A DNA stretch of 32,944 nt from a virus (Duplodnaviria > Caudoviricetes). This document shows positions 17,853-27,418 of the stretch, piece after piece. How positions within the stretch are numbered: position 1 is the stretch's first letter; each line of letters starts with the position of its first letter. Below the pieces are notes generated by a model. It saw only the letters and a program-made list of their open reading frames with translations, ran no database searches and was not told the DNA's origin. A program made the translations under genes and the position numbers. The stretch lies in IMG/VR virus record IMGVR_UViG_3300030102_003297, positions 1 to 32,944 of that record; one strand, 5' to 3'.

Positions 17853-18434
17853 ATGAAATCACAAGAATTAATTAGTCAAATCAAAAACTTATTAGGTATG
17901 GAAGAAAACATACAATTAGCACAATTAAAGCTAGAAAATGGAACTGTTTTAGAAGCAGATTCTTTTGAGCAAAATATGGAAGTATTTATTTTATCTGATG
18001 ATGAAAGAATCTCTTTACCTGTTGGTGAATATCAACTTGAAGATGGTAGAACACTTACAGTAGAAGATGAGGGTGTAATATCACAAATAGGTATGGAAGA
18101 AGAAAAAGAGGAGAAAGAAGAAAAAGAAGAAAAAGAAGAAGAAAAGGAAAAGATGGAATATGTGACCAAAGAAGAATTTAAAAAAGAAATGGACGATCTT
18201 CGTAAGTATATGGAAGAAATGATGAAAACGAAGGACGATGAAAAGGAAAAGGAAAAAGAAGAAATGGCTTCTCAAGTGGCAACAGAAATTGCAGTAGAAA
18301 TGAGCAAACAACCAGCTACAAAACCAATTAAGCACAGTCCAGAAAATAAAGAAGATAAAAAGAAGTTTGTTTTCGCTGACAATAGATCACAAACAACTTT
18401 AGATAGAATAATGAGTAAATTAGCAAACAAGTAA
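17853..18434 (+). CDS. Capsid scaffolding protein
   Basis: Very acidic, coiled-coil, LPVGEYQLEDGRTLTVEDEG, upstream of the capsid genes. Confidence 0.75.
   Translation: MKSQELISQIKNLLGMEENIQLAQLKLENGTVLEADSFEQNMEVFILSDDERISLPVGEYQLEDGRTLTVEDEGVISQIGMEEEKEEKEEKEEKEEEKEKMEYVTKEEFKKEMDDLRKYMEEMMKTKDDEKEKEKEEMASQVATEIAVEMSKQPATKPIKHSPENKEDKKKFVFADNRSQTTLDRIMSKLANK
18095..18153 (+). repeat. Purine-only low-complexity GAAAAAGAA-type repeat (EEKEEKEEK) within the scaffold gene
   Basis: Visible degenerate 9-nt tandem repeats. Confidence 0.8.
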
Positions 18435-18447
18435 AAATTAAATAATT

Positions 18448-18867
18448 ATGGCAGTTTTAACACACGTAGTAAACCCTGCAAGGAGAGAAAGAAACGAAGT
18501 CGATCAAGTTACGGCAGCAGTTACTCTTACAGCAGCAGATAGTGGAAAATGGTATGAACTTGCAGCATCGGCAGGTGTTACAGTTACATTACCAGCAGTA
18601 AGTTCTGGCTTAAATTTTAGATTTGTTGTAGCAAATGCGTTTGATACTTCAAATTATATTATAGATAGTGCAGAGGGAGATAATATAGATGGGAATTTAA
18701 TAGTAAATGGAGCAGCAGTTGCAGCTTCTGGTGAAGATCAAATTAACTTTGTAGCATCAGCAGAATCAGTCGGTGATTTTATCGACATTTGGAGTGATGG
18801 AAACAAGTGGTATGTTTGGGGAATCGGAAACTCAGCAGGTGCAATTACAGCAACAGACCCAAGTTAA
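18448..18867 (+). CDS. Putative capsid decoration/cement protein
   Basis: TLTAADSGK...VTLPA...GLNFRFVV beta-rich pattern; lies between scaffold and major capsid genes. Confidence 0.55.
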   Translation: MAVLTHVVNPARRERNEVDQVTAAVTLTAADSGKWYELAASAGVTVTLPAVSSGLNFRFVVANAFDTSNYIIDSAEGDNIDGNLIVNGAAVAASGEDQINFVASAESVGDFIDIWSDGNKWYVWGIGNSAGAITATDPS

Positions 18868-18893
18868 TAATTAAATAAAAAAAGAAAATAGAT

Positions 18894-19790
18894 ATGGCAA
18901 CAACAACTTCAATAACAACAACCTATGCTGGTGAATTCGCTGGAGATTATATAGCAGCAGCGTTGTTATCAGGTGTAACTTTATCTGGTGGTGGAGTTAC
19001 TATTAAACCGAACATCAAGTTCAAAGAAGTATTAAAGAAATTAGCACTTGATAGTATTTTAAAAGATGCTACTTGTGATTTTGATTCTACTTCAAATGTA
19101 ACTTTAACAGAAAGAATCTTACAACCAGAGGAGTTTCAAGTAAACTTACAGCTTTGTAAAAAAGATTTTAGACAAGATTGGGAGGCTGCAAGTATGGGCT
19201 TTAGTCAGTACGATAACCTACCTAAAAATTTCTCTGATTTCTTATTAGCACAAGTAGCTGCAAAGGTTGCAGAAAAAGTAGAGCAGAATATTTGGCAAGG
19301 TGCAACTGCAAACGCAGGTGAGTTTAATGGCTTTCAAGCATTATTAGCAGCTGATGGTGATGTAGTAGACGTTACTGGTACAACTCTTTCAGCTTCAAAT
19401 ATTATTGCAGAAATGAACAAGGTAGTAGATGCAATTCCTGGAGCAGTTTATGGCAAGGAAGATCTTAAAATTTACATACCAACAACTGCAGCTAAGTTTT
19501 ATGTACAAGCACAAGCAGCATTAGGTTATAGAGATTTATACAACGTTGGAAAAACTGATATGAACTTCCAAGGCATTCCTCTTTATACAGCACCAGGCTT
19601 AGGAAATGACAAAATGGTAGCAGCTCAATCAAGCAACTTATTTTTTGGTACTGGTCTTTTAAATGACTGGCAAGAAGTTAAGCTAATTGATATGGCTGAT
19701 ATTGACGGATCACAAAACGTAAGAGTAATTCTAAGAGGATCTGCAGGAGTACAACACGGAATTGGAAGTGATATTGTACTTTATTCATAA
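18894..19790 (+). CDS. Major capsid protein
   Basis: 298 aa after the scaffold, highly expressed-type codon usage, TYAGEFAG...LTERILQPEEFQVNLQLCKKDF. Confidence 0.85.
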   Translation: MATTTSITTTYAGEFAGDYIAAALLSGVTLSGGGVTIKPNIKFKEVLKKLALDSILKDATCDFDSTSNVTLTERILQPEEFQVNLQLCKKDFRQDWEAASMGFSQYDNLPKNFSDFLLAQVAAKVAEKVEQNIWQGATANAGEFNGFQALLAADGDVVDVTGTTLSASNIIAEMNKVVDAIPGAVYGKEDLKIYIPTTAAKFYVQAQAALGYRDLYNVGKTDMNFQGIPLYTAPGLGNDKMVAAQSSNLFFGTGLLNDWQEVKLIDMADIDGSQNVRVILRGSAGVQHGIGSDIVLYS

Positions 19791-19801
19791 TTAAATTAAT
19801 C

Positions 19802-19823
19802 AAGGGGGTGTCAAGCCCCCCTT
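19802..19823 (+). terminator. GC-rich hairpin between capsid and tail tube genes (weak terminator or stabiliser)
   Basis: AAGGGGG...CCCCCTT stem without a proper U-tract. Confidence 0.55.
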
Positions 19824-19839
19824 ATAAAAAGTAAACAAG

Positions 19840-20361
19840 ATGGCGTGTAATATAACAAATGGAAGAAGTTTAGCTTGTAAGTCAGGAGTAGGTGGCTTAA
19901 AGTTTGTATTTTTTTCCAATTATTCAAATGCGACAAGAGATTTAAGTGTCGCTACTGACGGATCTGTTACGCTTGATGGTTCAGTAGATTTTTTCAGATA
20001 TGATTTAAAAGGTAATTCTTCGTTAGAAACTGCAATTAATTCATCAAGAGAAAATGGTACTACTTTTTATGAAAGCACTTTAAATGTAACTTTACAATTT
20101 TTAGATAAAGCAACACAAGAGCAAATTAAATTGTTAGCACACGGCAGACCACAAGTAGTAGTAGTAGATTATAATGATAATGCATTTTTATTAGGTAAAG
20201 AACACGGATGCGAAGTAACTGGGGGTACAATGGCCACAGGGGCAGCTATGGGTGATCTGAGTGGTTTCACTCTAACCATTACTGCACAAGAAACAGCACC
20301 ACCATTCTTCTGCGCTGCAGCACCGAGTGATGATGCAACTTCACCAATTGCACCAAATTAA
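19840..20361 (+). CDS. Major tail tube protein
   Basis: 173 aa, beta-rich, SRENGTTFYESTLNVTL and TGAAMGDLSGFTLTITAQE; co-transcribed with the capsid gene. Confidence 0.7.
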   Translation: MACNITNGRSLACKSGVGGLKFVFFSNYSNATRDLSVATDGSVTLDGSVDFFRYDLKGNSSLETAINSSRENGTTFYESTLNVTLQFLDKATQEQIKLLAHGRPQVVVVDYNDNAFLLGKEHGCEVTGGTMATGAAMGDLSGFTLTITAQETAPPFFCAAAPSDDATSPIAPN

Positions 20362-20384
20362 CAAGGGGTGTGTATATACGAATT

Positions 20385-20412
20385 AAGGGGGCTCATTGCC
20401 CTCTTTTTTTTT
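20385..20412 (+). terminator. Rho-independent terminator
   Basis: AAGGGGGC-tcatt-GCCCTCTT running into a T9 tract. Confidence 0.85.
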
Positions 20413-20444
20413 ACAAAAAATATTATTTTCTTTGTTATATAATT
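20413..20444 (+). promoter_or_regulatory. Putative late promoter
   Basis: CAAA-N15-TGTTATATAATT directly before ATG 20445, immediately after a terminator. Confidence 0.7.
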
Positions 20445-20816
20445 ATGAAGATTCTGACAACAAGTGCAAGTTCGCAAACAATAAAGGTTATACCAAGAAG
20501 CTATGATACCACAGGCACACTAGAAGTTACAGATGAATCAACAAACAAAACATATACATATAGTTCAAGCAGTTGGTCAGTAGATAAAAACTATTTACAA
20601 ATACCAAACGCCTATACTGATTCTGGATCTTCTATTTTAAAAGAAGGCAGGTTTTATAATATTGTTGTAAAAAATGGCAGTAGTTCTATTATTTATAGGG
20701 ATAAAATATTTGTAACAGATCAAACAATAGGCAATGGTGACTTTACAATTAATAGTGGTGAATACGTTACAAGTGGTGCAGCAGCTATGAATGATGATGA
20801 GTATGTAATAATATAA
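20445..20816 (+). CDS. Probable virion structural protein (start revised from 20370 to 20445; 123 aa)
   Basis: The upstream extension runs through a terminator and promoter; ATG 20445 matches the motif spacing. Confidence 0.7.
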   Translation: MKILTTSASSQTIKVIPRSYDTTGTLEVTDESTNKTYTYSSSSWSVDKNYLQIPNAYTDSGSSILKEGRFYNIVVKNGSSSIIYRDKIFVTDQTIGNGDFTINSGEYVTSGAAAMNDDEYVII

Positions 20817-20820
20817 AAAT

Positions 20821-22593
20821 ATGAGTGATTTAAGAGTAATCAATTTAAGTACTTACACAAGCCCAGAAATAAAAGAGGTTAGGAACAAAGAATACATTTT
20901 GTATGGCGAGGACAATATGTACTTCCAATATCTTATAGATAGATATAATGGCTCACCCACAAATAGCGCAGTAATAAATGGAATAAGTGAAATGATATTT
21001 GGAAAAGGCTTAGATGCTACTGATAGCAACAGAAAGCCAAATGAATATGCACAAATGAAAGTTTTGTTCACTGATGATTGTGTTAGAAAATTATGCTATG
21101 ATTTGAAACTAATGGGTCAGTGTGCTGTTCAAGTAATTTACTCGCAAGATAGATCTCGTATTGCTGGTTTAGAACACATACCTGTTGAAACCCTAAGAGC
21201 AGAAAAAAGCGAAGATGGTGAAATACAAGCATATTATTATGCAAATGACTGGACGCAAGTAAAACAAAATACAGAATTAAAAAGAATACCAGCCTTTGGT
21301 ACAAGCAAAGAAAGTTTAGAAATAATGTACATTAAACCATACAGGGCAGGTTTTTTTTATTACTCTCCTGTTGATTATCAAGGTGGCTTACAATATGCAG
21401 AGCTTGAGGAGGAGGTTTCCAATTATCATCTAAACAACATTATGAATGGACTTGCCCCATCAATGCTTATAAACTTTAACAACGGAGTGCCAAACGAAGA
21501 AGAAAGAGAATTAATTGAGCAAAGAATATATCAAAAATTTTCAGGTAGTAGCAACGCAGGTAAATTTATCTTAGCATTTAATGACAATCCAGAAAGCCAA
21601 GCAAGTATGGACCCTGTGCAATTAAGCGACGCACATAATCAATATGAGTTTTTATCCAGCGAAAGCACAAGAAAAATAATGGTAAGCCATAGAGTTGTTA
21701 GCCCTATGCTGTTAGGTATCAAAGATCAAACAGGGTTAGGTAATAATGCTGACGAATTAAAGACTGCTTCTATATTAATGGATAATACAGTTATTAGGCC
21801 TTTTCAAACGCTTTTAATAAATCACTTTGAACAAATATTAGCCTTTAATAAAATAAGCCTTAATTTATACTTTAAAACGCTTCAGCCATTAGAGTTCACA
21901 GACTTAGATAATGTAGAAGATGAAGAAACAAAAGAAGAAGAAACAGGCGTAAAACAAGATCTTGCTAGTGATGTTTATTTAGATAACGATAGTATGTGTG
22001 AGTTAGCTGATGATTTAATTTCAAAAGGGGAAGAAATGGGAGATGATTGGGAGTTGATTGATGAAAGACCAGCAATGGAAGATGAAAGCCAAATAAAAAG
22101 TTATTTTGAGTTTGCTAGTGTAATGACTGGCGATGCAAGAAAAAAAAGCATACAAGATACAAGTTTGTTCAGAGTGCGTTACGCATATTCTGGTGAATTG
22201 ACAAGAGATAAAGATGGCAAAGTAATCACAAGAGAATTTTGCAGAAAAATGCTAAAAGCTAACAGAGTTTATCGTGTCGAAGATTTAGATAAAAATAGTT
22301 TAGCAAACAAAGAATTAAGCCCAGCAGGTACAAATCTAGGTGGCTATAACATATGGAAATACAAGGGGGGTGCAAATTGCCATCACGTTTGGCTTCGTAG
22401 AATATATTTGAAAAAAGGCAACAAAAAAATATCAGTAGGTAGAGCAAGAAAAATAATTAGTGCGCTACCAATTGATGACAGAAAAGGTGCTAGATTTGAA
22501 GGTCCAGCAGCACCAAAGAAAAACCAAAACCCAAAGGAAGTGGCTATGCGACCAATTGATATGCCTAACCGTGGATATTTAAACCCTAGATAA
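20821..22593 (+). CDS. Portal protein with a ~200 aa C-terminal extension
   Basis: YGEDNMYFQYLIDRYNGSPTNSAVI, NNIMNGLAPSMLI, FSGSSNAGK and HRVVSPMLLG; the extension carries TREFCRKM and YKGGANCHHVW. Confidence 0.85.
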   Translation: MSDLRVINLSTYTSPEIKEVRNKEYILYGEDNMYFQYLIDRYNGSPTNSAVINGISEMIFGKGLDATDSNRKPNEYAQMKVLFTDDCVRKLCYDLKLMGQCAVQVIYSQDRSRIAGLEHIPVETLRAEKSEDGEIQAYYYANDWTQVKQNTELKRIPAFGTSKESLEIMYIKPYRAGFFYYSPVDYQGGLQYAELEEEVSNYHLNNIMNGLAPSMLINFNNGVPNEEERELIEQRIYQKFSGSSNAGKFILAFNDNPESQASMDPVQLSDAHNQYEFLSSESTRKIMVSHRVVSPMLLGIKDQTGLGNNADELKTASILMDNTVIRPFQTLLINHFEQILAFNKISLNLYFKTLQPLEFTDLDNVEDEETKEEETGVKQDLASDVYLDNDSMCELADDLISKGEEMGDDWELIDERPAMEDESQIKSYFEFASVMTGDARKKSIQDTSLFRVRYAYSGELTRDKDGKVITREFCRKMLKANRVYRVEDLDKNSLANKELSPAGTNLGGYNIWKYKGGANCHHVWLRRIYLKKGNKKISVGRARKIISALPIDDRKGARFEGPAAPKKNQNPKEVAMRPIDMPNRGYLNPR

Positions 22594-22597
22594 TATT

Positions 22598-23098
22598 ATG
22601 GCAACTACTTTATTTATAACACGAAAACAACTAGTACAAAACACGATCCTTGATGGAAACGTTGACACTGACAAGTTTATACATTTTATAAAAATTGCAC
22701 AGGAGATTCACATAAGAAACTTTCTAGGAACAGATTTGTATAATGCTATCGTTACAAAAATAAATGCTGGTAATTTAACAGGGGCATATTTAACACTAAC
22801 AACTACATACGTACAGCCTATGTTGATTCATTATGCTATGGCAGATTATTTACCCTTTGCAGCGTACCAGATCAAAAATGGTGGCGTATTTAAGCACACA
22901 AGCGAAAATGCAGAAAGTGTAAGCAAAAATGAAATAGATTATTTAGTAAAAAAAGAAAGAGATATAGCTGAATATTACACAAGAAGATTAATTGATTATT
23001 TAGATTTTAACAATAGCAGCTTTCCAGAATATTCAACAAATAGTAATGATGATATTTTCCCTGACAAAGATAGTTTATTTAATGGGTGGGTTTTATGA
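22598..23098 (+). CDS. Head-tail adaptor protein
   Basis: Follows the portal; helical, IKIAQEIHIRNFLGTDLY. Confidence 0.6.
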   Translation: MATTLFITRKQLVQNTILDGNVDTDKFIHFIKIAQEIHIRNFLGTDLYNAIVTKINAGNLTGAYLTLTTTYVQPMLIHYAMADYLPFAAYQIKNGGVFKHTSENAESVSKNEIDYLVKKERDIAEYYTRRLIDYLDFNNSSFPEYSTNSNDDIFPDKDSLFNGWVL

Positions 23099-23184
23099 AA
23101 AAAAGGAATAGCAAACCTAAACAAAATAATGTAAAAAAATTATTAGTTTATTTAAAAAAAATAGTAAATGGCAACACTAACTAA
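23095..23184 (+). CDS. Very small basic ORF (29 aa, MKKRNSKPKQNNVKKLLVYLKK...)
   Basis: ATGA overlap with the previous stop; overlaps the fibre start. Confidence 0.5.
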   Translation: MKKRNSKPKQNNVKKLLVYLKKIVNGNTN

Positions 23185-26100
23185 TACACAAATTTCGGTT
23201 ACTTATGTAGGGCTACTAAAAACTTCTGGTAGCACCATATTAGATTCTACACCTCAACAAATTACTGATGGTAGTGGCAACAACTCACAACTATTTTTAT
23301 CTACGACAAAGGTTGGTGTTGGTGCTACGCCAAGTGGTTCTGATACATTACAAATTACAGGAACTTCAAGTTTTTCAAGCCATATAACTTTAGCTGATAA
23401 TGCAGAATTAAGAATAGGAACAAGCACTGATTTACAGGCATCACACGATGGAACTGATTCTTTTATAATTAACAATACTGGTGATTTATATTTAAGAAAC
23501 TTAGCTGATGATAAAGATATAATATTTCAATCAGATGATGGAAGTGGTGGTGTTACTACATATTTTGAAGTTCAAGGTTCTAATACAAGAACTGTTTTTA
23601 GAAAAACTTTAAACTTACAAGATAGCGTTGATTTATATTTAGGAACAAGTAGTGATTTAAGACTTGTACACAATGGTTCTGATTCAATTATTTCAAACGC
23701 AACAGGAAACTTAACTATATCAAATTCTGCCAACGATGCTGATATATCTTTTCAGTGTGACGATGGCTCTGGTGGTTTAGCTGAATATTTTAGGTTAGAT
23801 GGTAGTAGCGAGATAAATGTGTTTAGTAAAGATACATTTTTTATAGACAACGTAGATTTAAAAGTTGGTAGTAGTGGTGATTTAATTTTAGTGCACGATA
23901 GTTCAAATTCTTTTATACATAATGTTACAGGAAATTTAACAATTAAAAATTCAGCAGATGATAGTGATATAGTTTTCGAATCAGATGATGGATCTGGTAG
24001 TGTAACTGAATATTTTAGAGTTGATGGTGGCTCTGAAGCTAATATTTTTTCTAAAAAGGTGGGTATTGGCACAAGTAGTCCAGGTGGTAATCTACACGTA
24101 GTTGGTGATAGTGGTAGCTCTGGTCAAATATATGTTTCTGATGCTGATAATGGTATTGGGACTGGTGATGCTTTATTAATAAACAAATCTGGCACAAATG
24201 CTTTTGTTTATAACAGAGATGATGGGCAGATCTCTTTTGGTACAAACGACACTAGTAATATGCTTGTAATAGCAAATACAGGTGACGCTACTTTTACAGG
24301 AGCTGTAACAGTTGGGTCAACGGGGGCAGCCCCATTGTTATTTAATAAAAGCACATACGGTGATATGGACACTGATGCTTTTTACAGAATAAAATTTCAA
24401 GATCAAGGAGGTGTATTAAACGATGTGGGTATTGGACAAACTGCAACTGGAAATTTAGGTTTTAATATTACATCAGGTAAAGATTTTATATTTAATGGAG
24501 GTACAAGCGGTAACGCTTTAACTTTAGGGTCCGATGGTAGTGCAACTTTTGCAGGAACAATAGCAAGCAACAACATAGCTGTAACAAATTCTGGTAACGG
24601 AGAGGTTTCGGTTACAAGAACAAGTGGTGCAACAGTAACAAATATTGCACAATCTGCAAGAGGGCAAATAGGTACAAGTTCAAATCACGAATTACAACTA
24701 ATTACAAATGCTACTGCAAGATTAACAATAAGCACATCAGGAGATGCAACTTTTGCAGGAAGTGTAAATTTAGCAGATAGTCAAGCAATTAATGTCGGTA
24801 CTAGCAGTGATTTACAAATCTTCCATAATGGCACTGATTCATTTATTGATAACTATACAGGTGATTTAACAATTAGAAACAGACAAGATGATGGAGATAT
24901 AGTATTTACTTCTGATGATGGTTCTGGTGGTCTTGATACATATATTAGAATAGATGGTGGGCAAACACGAACAGAATTTAATAAAGAAACACTACATTTT
25001 GATAATGTTATAGCAAATTTTGGTACATCTAGTGATTTAAAAATATATCACGATGGTAGTAATTCATATGTACAAGCTGAAGGAACTGGTGATTTGGTAA
25101 TAGAGCAAAAAACAGATGACAAAGATATATTATTTAAGTCAGATGATGGTAGTGGTGGTGTTGAAACTTATTACTTTTTAGATGGTAGTAACGGAAGAAA
25201 TAGATTTTTAAATACAGTTACTTTATCAGATTCAGTACCTTTAATACTAGGTGATGGTGATGATTTACAAATATCTCACGATGGTAGTAATTCTTTTATT
25301 AGTAATTTAGGCGTAGGACATCTAACAATACAAAATACTGTTGATGATAAAGATATTGCCTTTAAATGTGATGACGGATCTGGTGGAGTAGCAACCTATA
25401 TGACAATTGATGGTGGTATTACAATGACAACATTTGCAAAAGACACTAGACACAATGATAATGTAAAGGCTAATTTTGGTGATAGTGCTGACTTAAAAAT
25501 ATATCACGATGGAACAAATAGTTATATAGAAAACGTTACTGGTAATTTACGTATTGAAAATGATACTAATGATGGTAATATTGAGTTTTATAACGATGAT
25601 GGATCAGGTGGCAAGGCATTATATTTTAAATTAGATGGTACATATGCACTATTAAATATTCAAAAACCTATGCAATTTAATGATAGTGTAAAAGCTATCT
25701 TTGGTAGCTCGGTACAATTAACAGGAGACTTACAAATTTATCACGATGCAAGTAATTCATATATTCAAGACACAGGCACAGGTGATTTGTTTATAGATGC
25801 TACAACCCAAATAATTTTTAGAGATTATGCTTCGAGTGAAGTAATGGCAAAGTTTATTAATGATGGTGCAGTAGAACTTTACCACGATAACAGCAAAAAG
25901 TTTGAGACTACAAGTGCAGGTGCAGATGTTACAGGAACTTTAAATTTAGATAACCTTACAGTTGATGGCGCACAAGGATCTGATGGTCAAGTATTAACAT
26001 CAACAGGTAGTGGTATTGCTTGGGAAAATGCAAGTGGTGGTGGTGGTAGTAGTACAGATTCTTTTGTTTTAAATTTTTCAGCAAGTCACTCTAGCAATAG

Positions 26101-26485
26101 CACAAGTAATTATTATGTTTTTAGAAACAAGTCAAATAGCACGATGGTTACTTTCGGTACATCAGCATCACACGCAGGAGATTTTTATTATGCTTCTTTA
26201 GTTATGCCTGTTGCTTGTTATTTAAAGACTGTGCATATTAAGAATATACAAACCACCCCATCAGCAACAGTTGCAAAAATGAAAATATTTAAAAATGACA
26301 GCACAGCAGAGTTTACAGGCAGTAACATAAGTTGGAGTGGTGCAGGATCTACAGGTGCATCTTGGACCCAAACTCTTTCAAGTTCTGATAATAGTTTTGC
26401 AGCAGGTGATAGAGTAGATATAGGGTTTAACTTAGATGGTACAATGGGTGGTGTTACTTGTACTATGCTATTTGAATTAACATAA
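23168..26485 (+). CDS. Tail fibre / receptor-binding protein with ~75 aa internal repeats
   Basis: 1105 aa, G/S/T/D-rich; 7 full and 1 partial DLxIxHDGxxSxI...DDGSGG repeats; KVGIGTSSP and GQVLTSTGSGIAW fibre motifs. Confidence 0.85.
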   Translation: MATLTNTQISVTYVGLLKTSGSTILDSTPQQITDGSGNNSQLFLSTTKVGVGATPSGSDTLQITGTSSFSSHITLADNAELRIGTSTDLQASHDGTDSFIINNTGDLYLRNLADDKDIIFQSDDGSGGVTTYFEVQGSNTRTVFRKTLNLQDSVDLYLGTSSDLRLVHNGSDSIISNATGNLTISNSANDADISFQCDDGSGGLAEYFRLDGSSEINVFSKDTFFIDNVDLKVGSSGDLILVHDSSNSFIHNVTGNLTIKNSADDSDIVFESDDGSGSVTEYFRVDGGSEANIFSKKVGIGTSSPGGNLHVVGDSGSSGQIYVSDADNGIGTGDALLINKSGTNAFVYNRDDGQISFGTNDTSNMLVIANTGDATFTGAVTVGSTGAAPLLFNKSTYGDMDTDAFYRIKFQDQGGVLNDVGIGQTATGNLGFNITSGKDFIFNGGTSGNALTLGSDGSATFAGTIASNNIAVTNSGNGEVSVTRTSGATVTNIAQSARGQIGTSSNHELQLITNATARLTISTSGDATFAGSVNLADSQAINVGTSSDLQIFHNGTDSFIDNYTGDLTIRNRQDDGDIVFTSDDGSGGLDTYIRIDGGQTRTEFNKETLHFDNVIANFGTSSDLKIYHDGSNSYVQAEGTGDLVIEQKTDDKDILFKSDDGSGGVETYYFLDGSNGRNRFLNTVTLSDSVPLILGDGDDLQISHDGSNSFISNLGVGHLTIQNTVDDKDIAFKCDDGSGGVATYMTIDGGITMTTFAKDTRHNDNVKANFGDSADLKIYHDGTNSYIENVTGNLRIENDTNDGNIEFYNDDGSGGKALYFKLDGTYALLNIQKPMQFNDSVKAIFGSSVQLTGDLQIYHDASNSYIQDTGTGDLFIDATTQIIFRDYASSEVMAKFINDGAVELYHDNSKKFETTSAGADVTGTLNLDNLTVDGAQGSDGQVLTSTGSGIAWENASGGGGSSTDSFVLNFSASHSSNSTSNYYVFRNKSNSTMVTFGTSASHAGDFYYASLVMPVACYLKTVHIKNIQTTPSATVAKMKIFKNDSTAEFTGSNISWSGAGSTGASWTQTLSSSDNSFAAGDRVDIGFNLDGTMGGVTCTMLFELT

Positions 26486-26495
26486 TATTAAGAAT

Positions 26496-26807
26496 ATGAG
26501 TTATATATGGAACATACAAGACTTACAAGTTTACAGCAATCACAATGATAAACAAGACGTAATTTATTGTGCAAATTATTCTTTGACTTACACAGATAAT
26601 ACAGGAAACGCTGAGACAATATTTAAGCAAATTAATTTTGACATATCAACCTTAGATAATTTTGTTGCGTATGATAGCCTAAGTGCTGCAAACGTAATAG
26701 AATGGATAAGAAACAGCTTAGGTACAGATGGTGTATCTGCTTTGGAAACTGAAGTAAATACAGCATTAAGTAATATGCTAAATACATCAACCAAAACATT
26801 AAGATAA
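26496..26807 (+). CDS. Putative tail fibre assembly/accessory protein
   Basis: Follows the fibre; YIWNI...FVAYDSLSAANVIEWI. Confidence 0.55.
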   Translation: MSYIWNIQDLQVYSNHNDKQDVIYCANYSLTYTDNTGNAETIFKQINFDISTLDNFVAYDSLSAANVIEWIRNSLGTDGVSALETEVNTALSNMLNTSTKTLR

Positions 26808-26862
26808 TTTAATATTAAATAATAAAAAAAATAATGTTGTATATTTAAAATAAAAAATAATT

Positions 26863-27117
26863 ATGAAAAAAATTAGTCAAGAAGAATTAAATTACATTAA
26901 AGAGATTTTATCAAGTATTGCACTCAACGATCAAAAGATAGGTTTTAAAAACAGAAAAATACAAGTTTTAGATGCTGAAATAAAACAATTATATCAAGAT
27001 ACATTTCAGTTAGAAGCTGATCAAAAAAATCATATGAATAAACTTGAAGAAAAATATGGTAAAGTAATAATTAATTTAGAAGATGGAACTATAACAAAAG
27101 ATGAAAAACAAGATTAG
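26863..27117 (+). CDS. Hypothetical coiled-coil protein
   Basis: Heptad pattern, ends LEEKYGKVIINLEDGTI. Confidence 0.7.
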   Translation: MKKISQEELNYIKEILSSIALNDQKIGFKNRKIQVLDAEIKQLYQDTFQLEADQKNHMNKLEEKYGKVIINLEDGTITKDEKQD

Positions 27118-27418
27118 TGAAGATACAAACGTAACATTAGATTTAAAAACTATTGGTATTATTATTGGTGGGGTGGTTGCTATTGCAACAACTTACTTTA
27201 CTTTGCAAAGCAGTGTAGCAGCAAATACTGATGATATAAAAAATTTAAAAACTGATGGTGTTTCAAGTGTTGAATTTCAATACAAGGACGAGCTAGTACG
27301 ATCAACAATTAAACGTATTGAAGAAAAGCAAGAGACTATGGGTGATGATGTCAAAGAAGTTAAACAACAACTTGACAAAATTGATGAACGATTGTATCAA
27401 ATAAGTAAAAACAGATGA
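27101..27418 (+). CDS. Single-pass membrane protein with coiled coil (i-spanin/holin-like architecture)
   Basis: TM segment IGIIIGGVVAIATTYFTL followed by a coiled coil. Confidence 0.65.
   Translation: MKNKISEDTNVTLDLKTIGIIIGGVVAIATTYFTLQSSVAANTDDIKNLKTDGVSSVEFQYKDELVRSTIKRIEEKQETMGDDVKEVKQQLDKIDERLYQISKNR

Noticed and set aside
20370-20444. N-terminal extension of ORF 20370-20816
   Set aside because: It runs through a terminator and a promoter motif; the start at 20445 is preferred.
23420-25800. Tail fibre repeats as a CRISPR array or DGR template/variable repeats
   Set aside because: They are degenerate protein-level repeats within one ORF; there is no reverse transcriptase, no adenine-specific mismatch pattern and no spacers.
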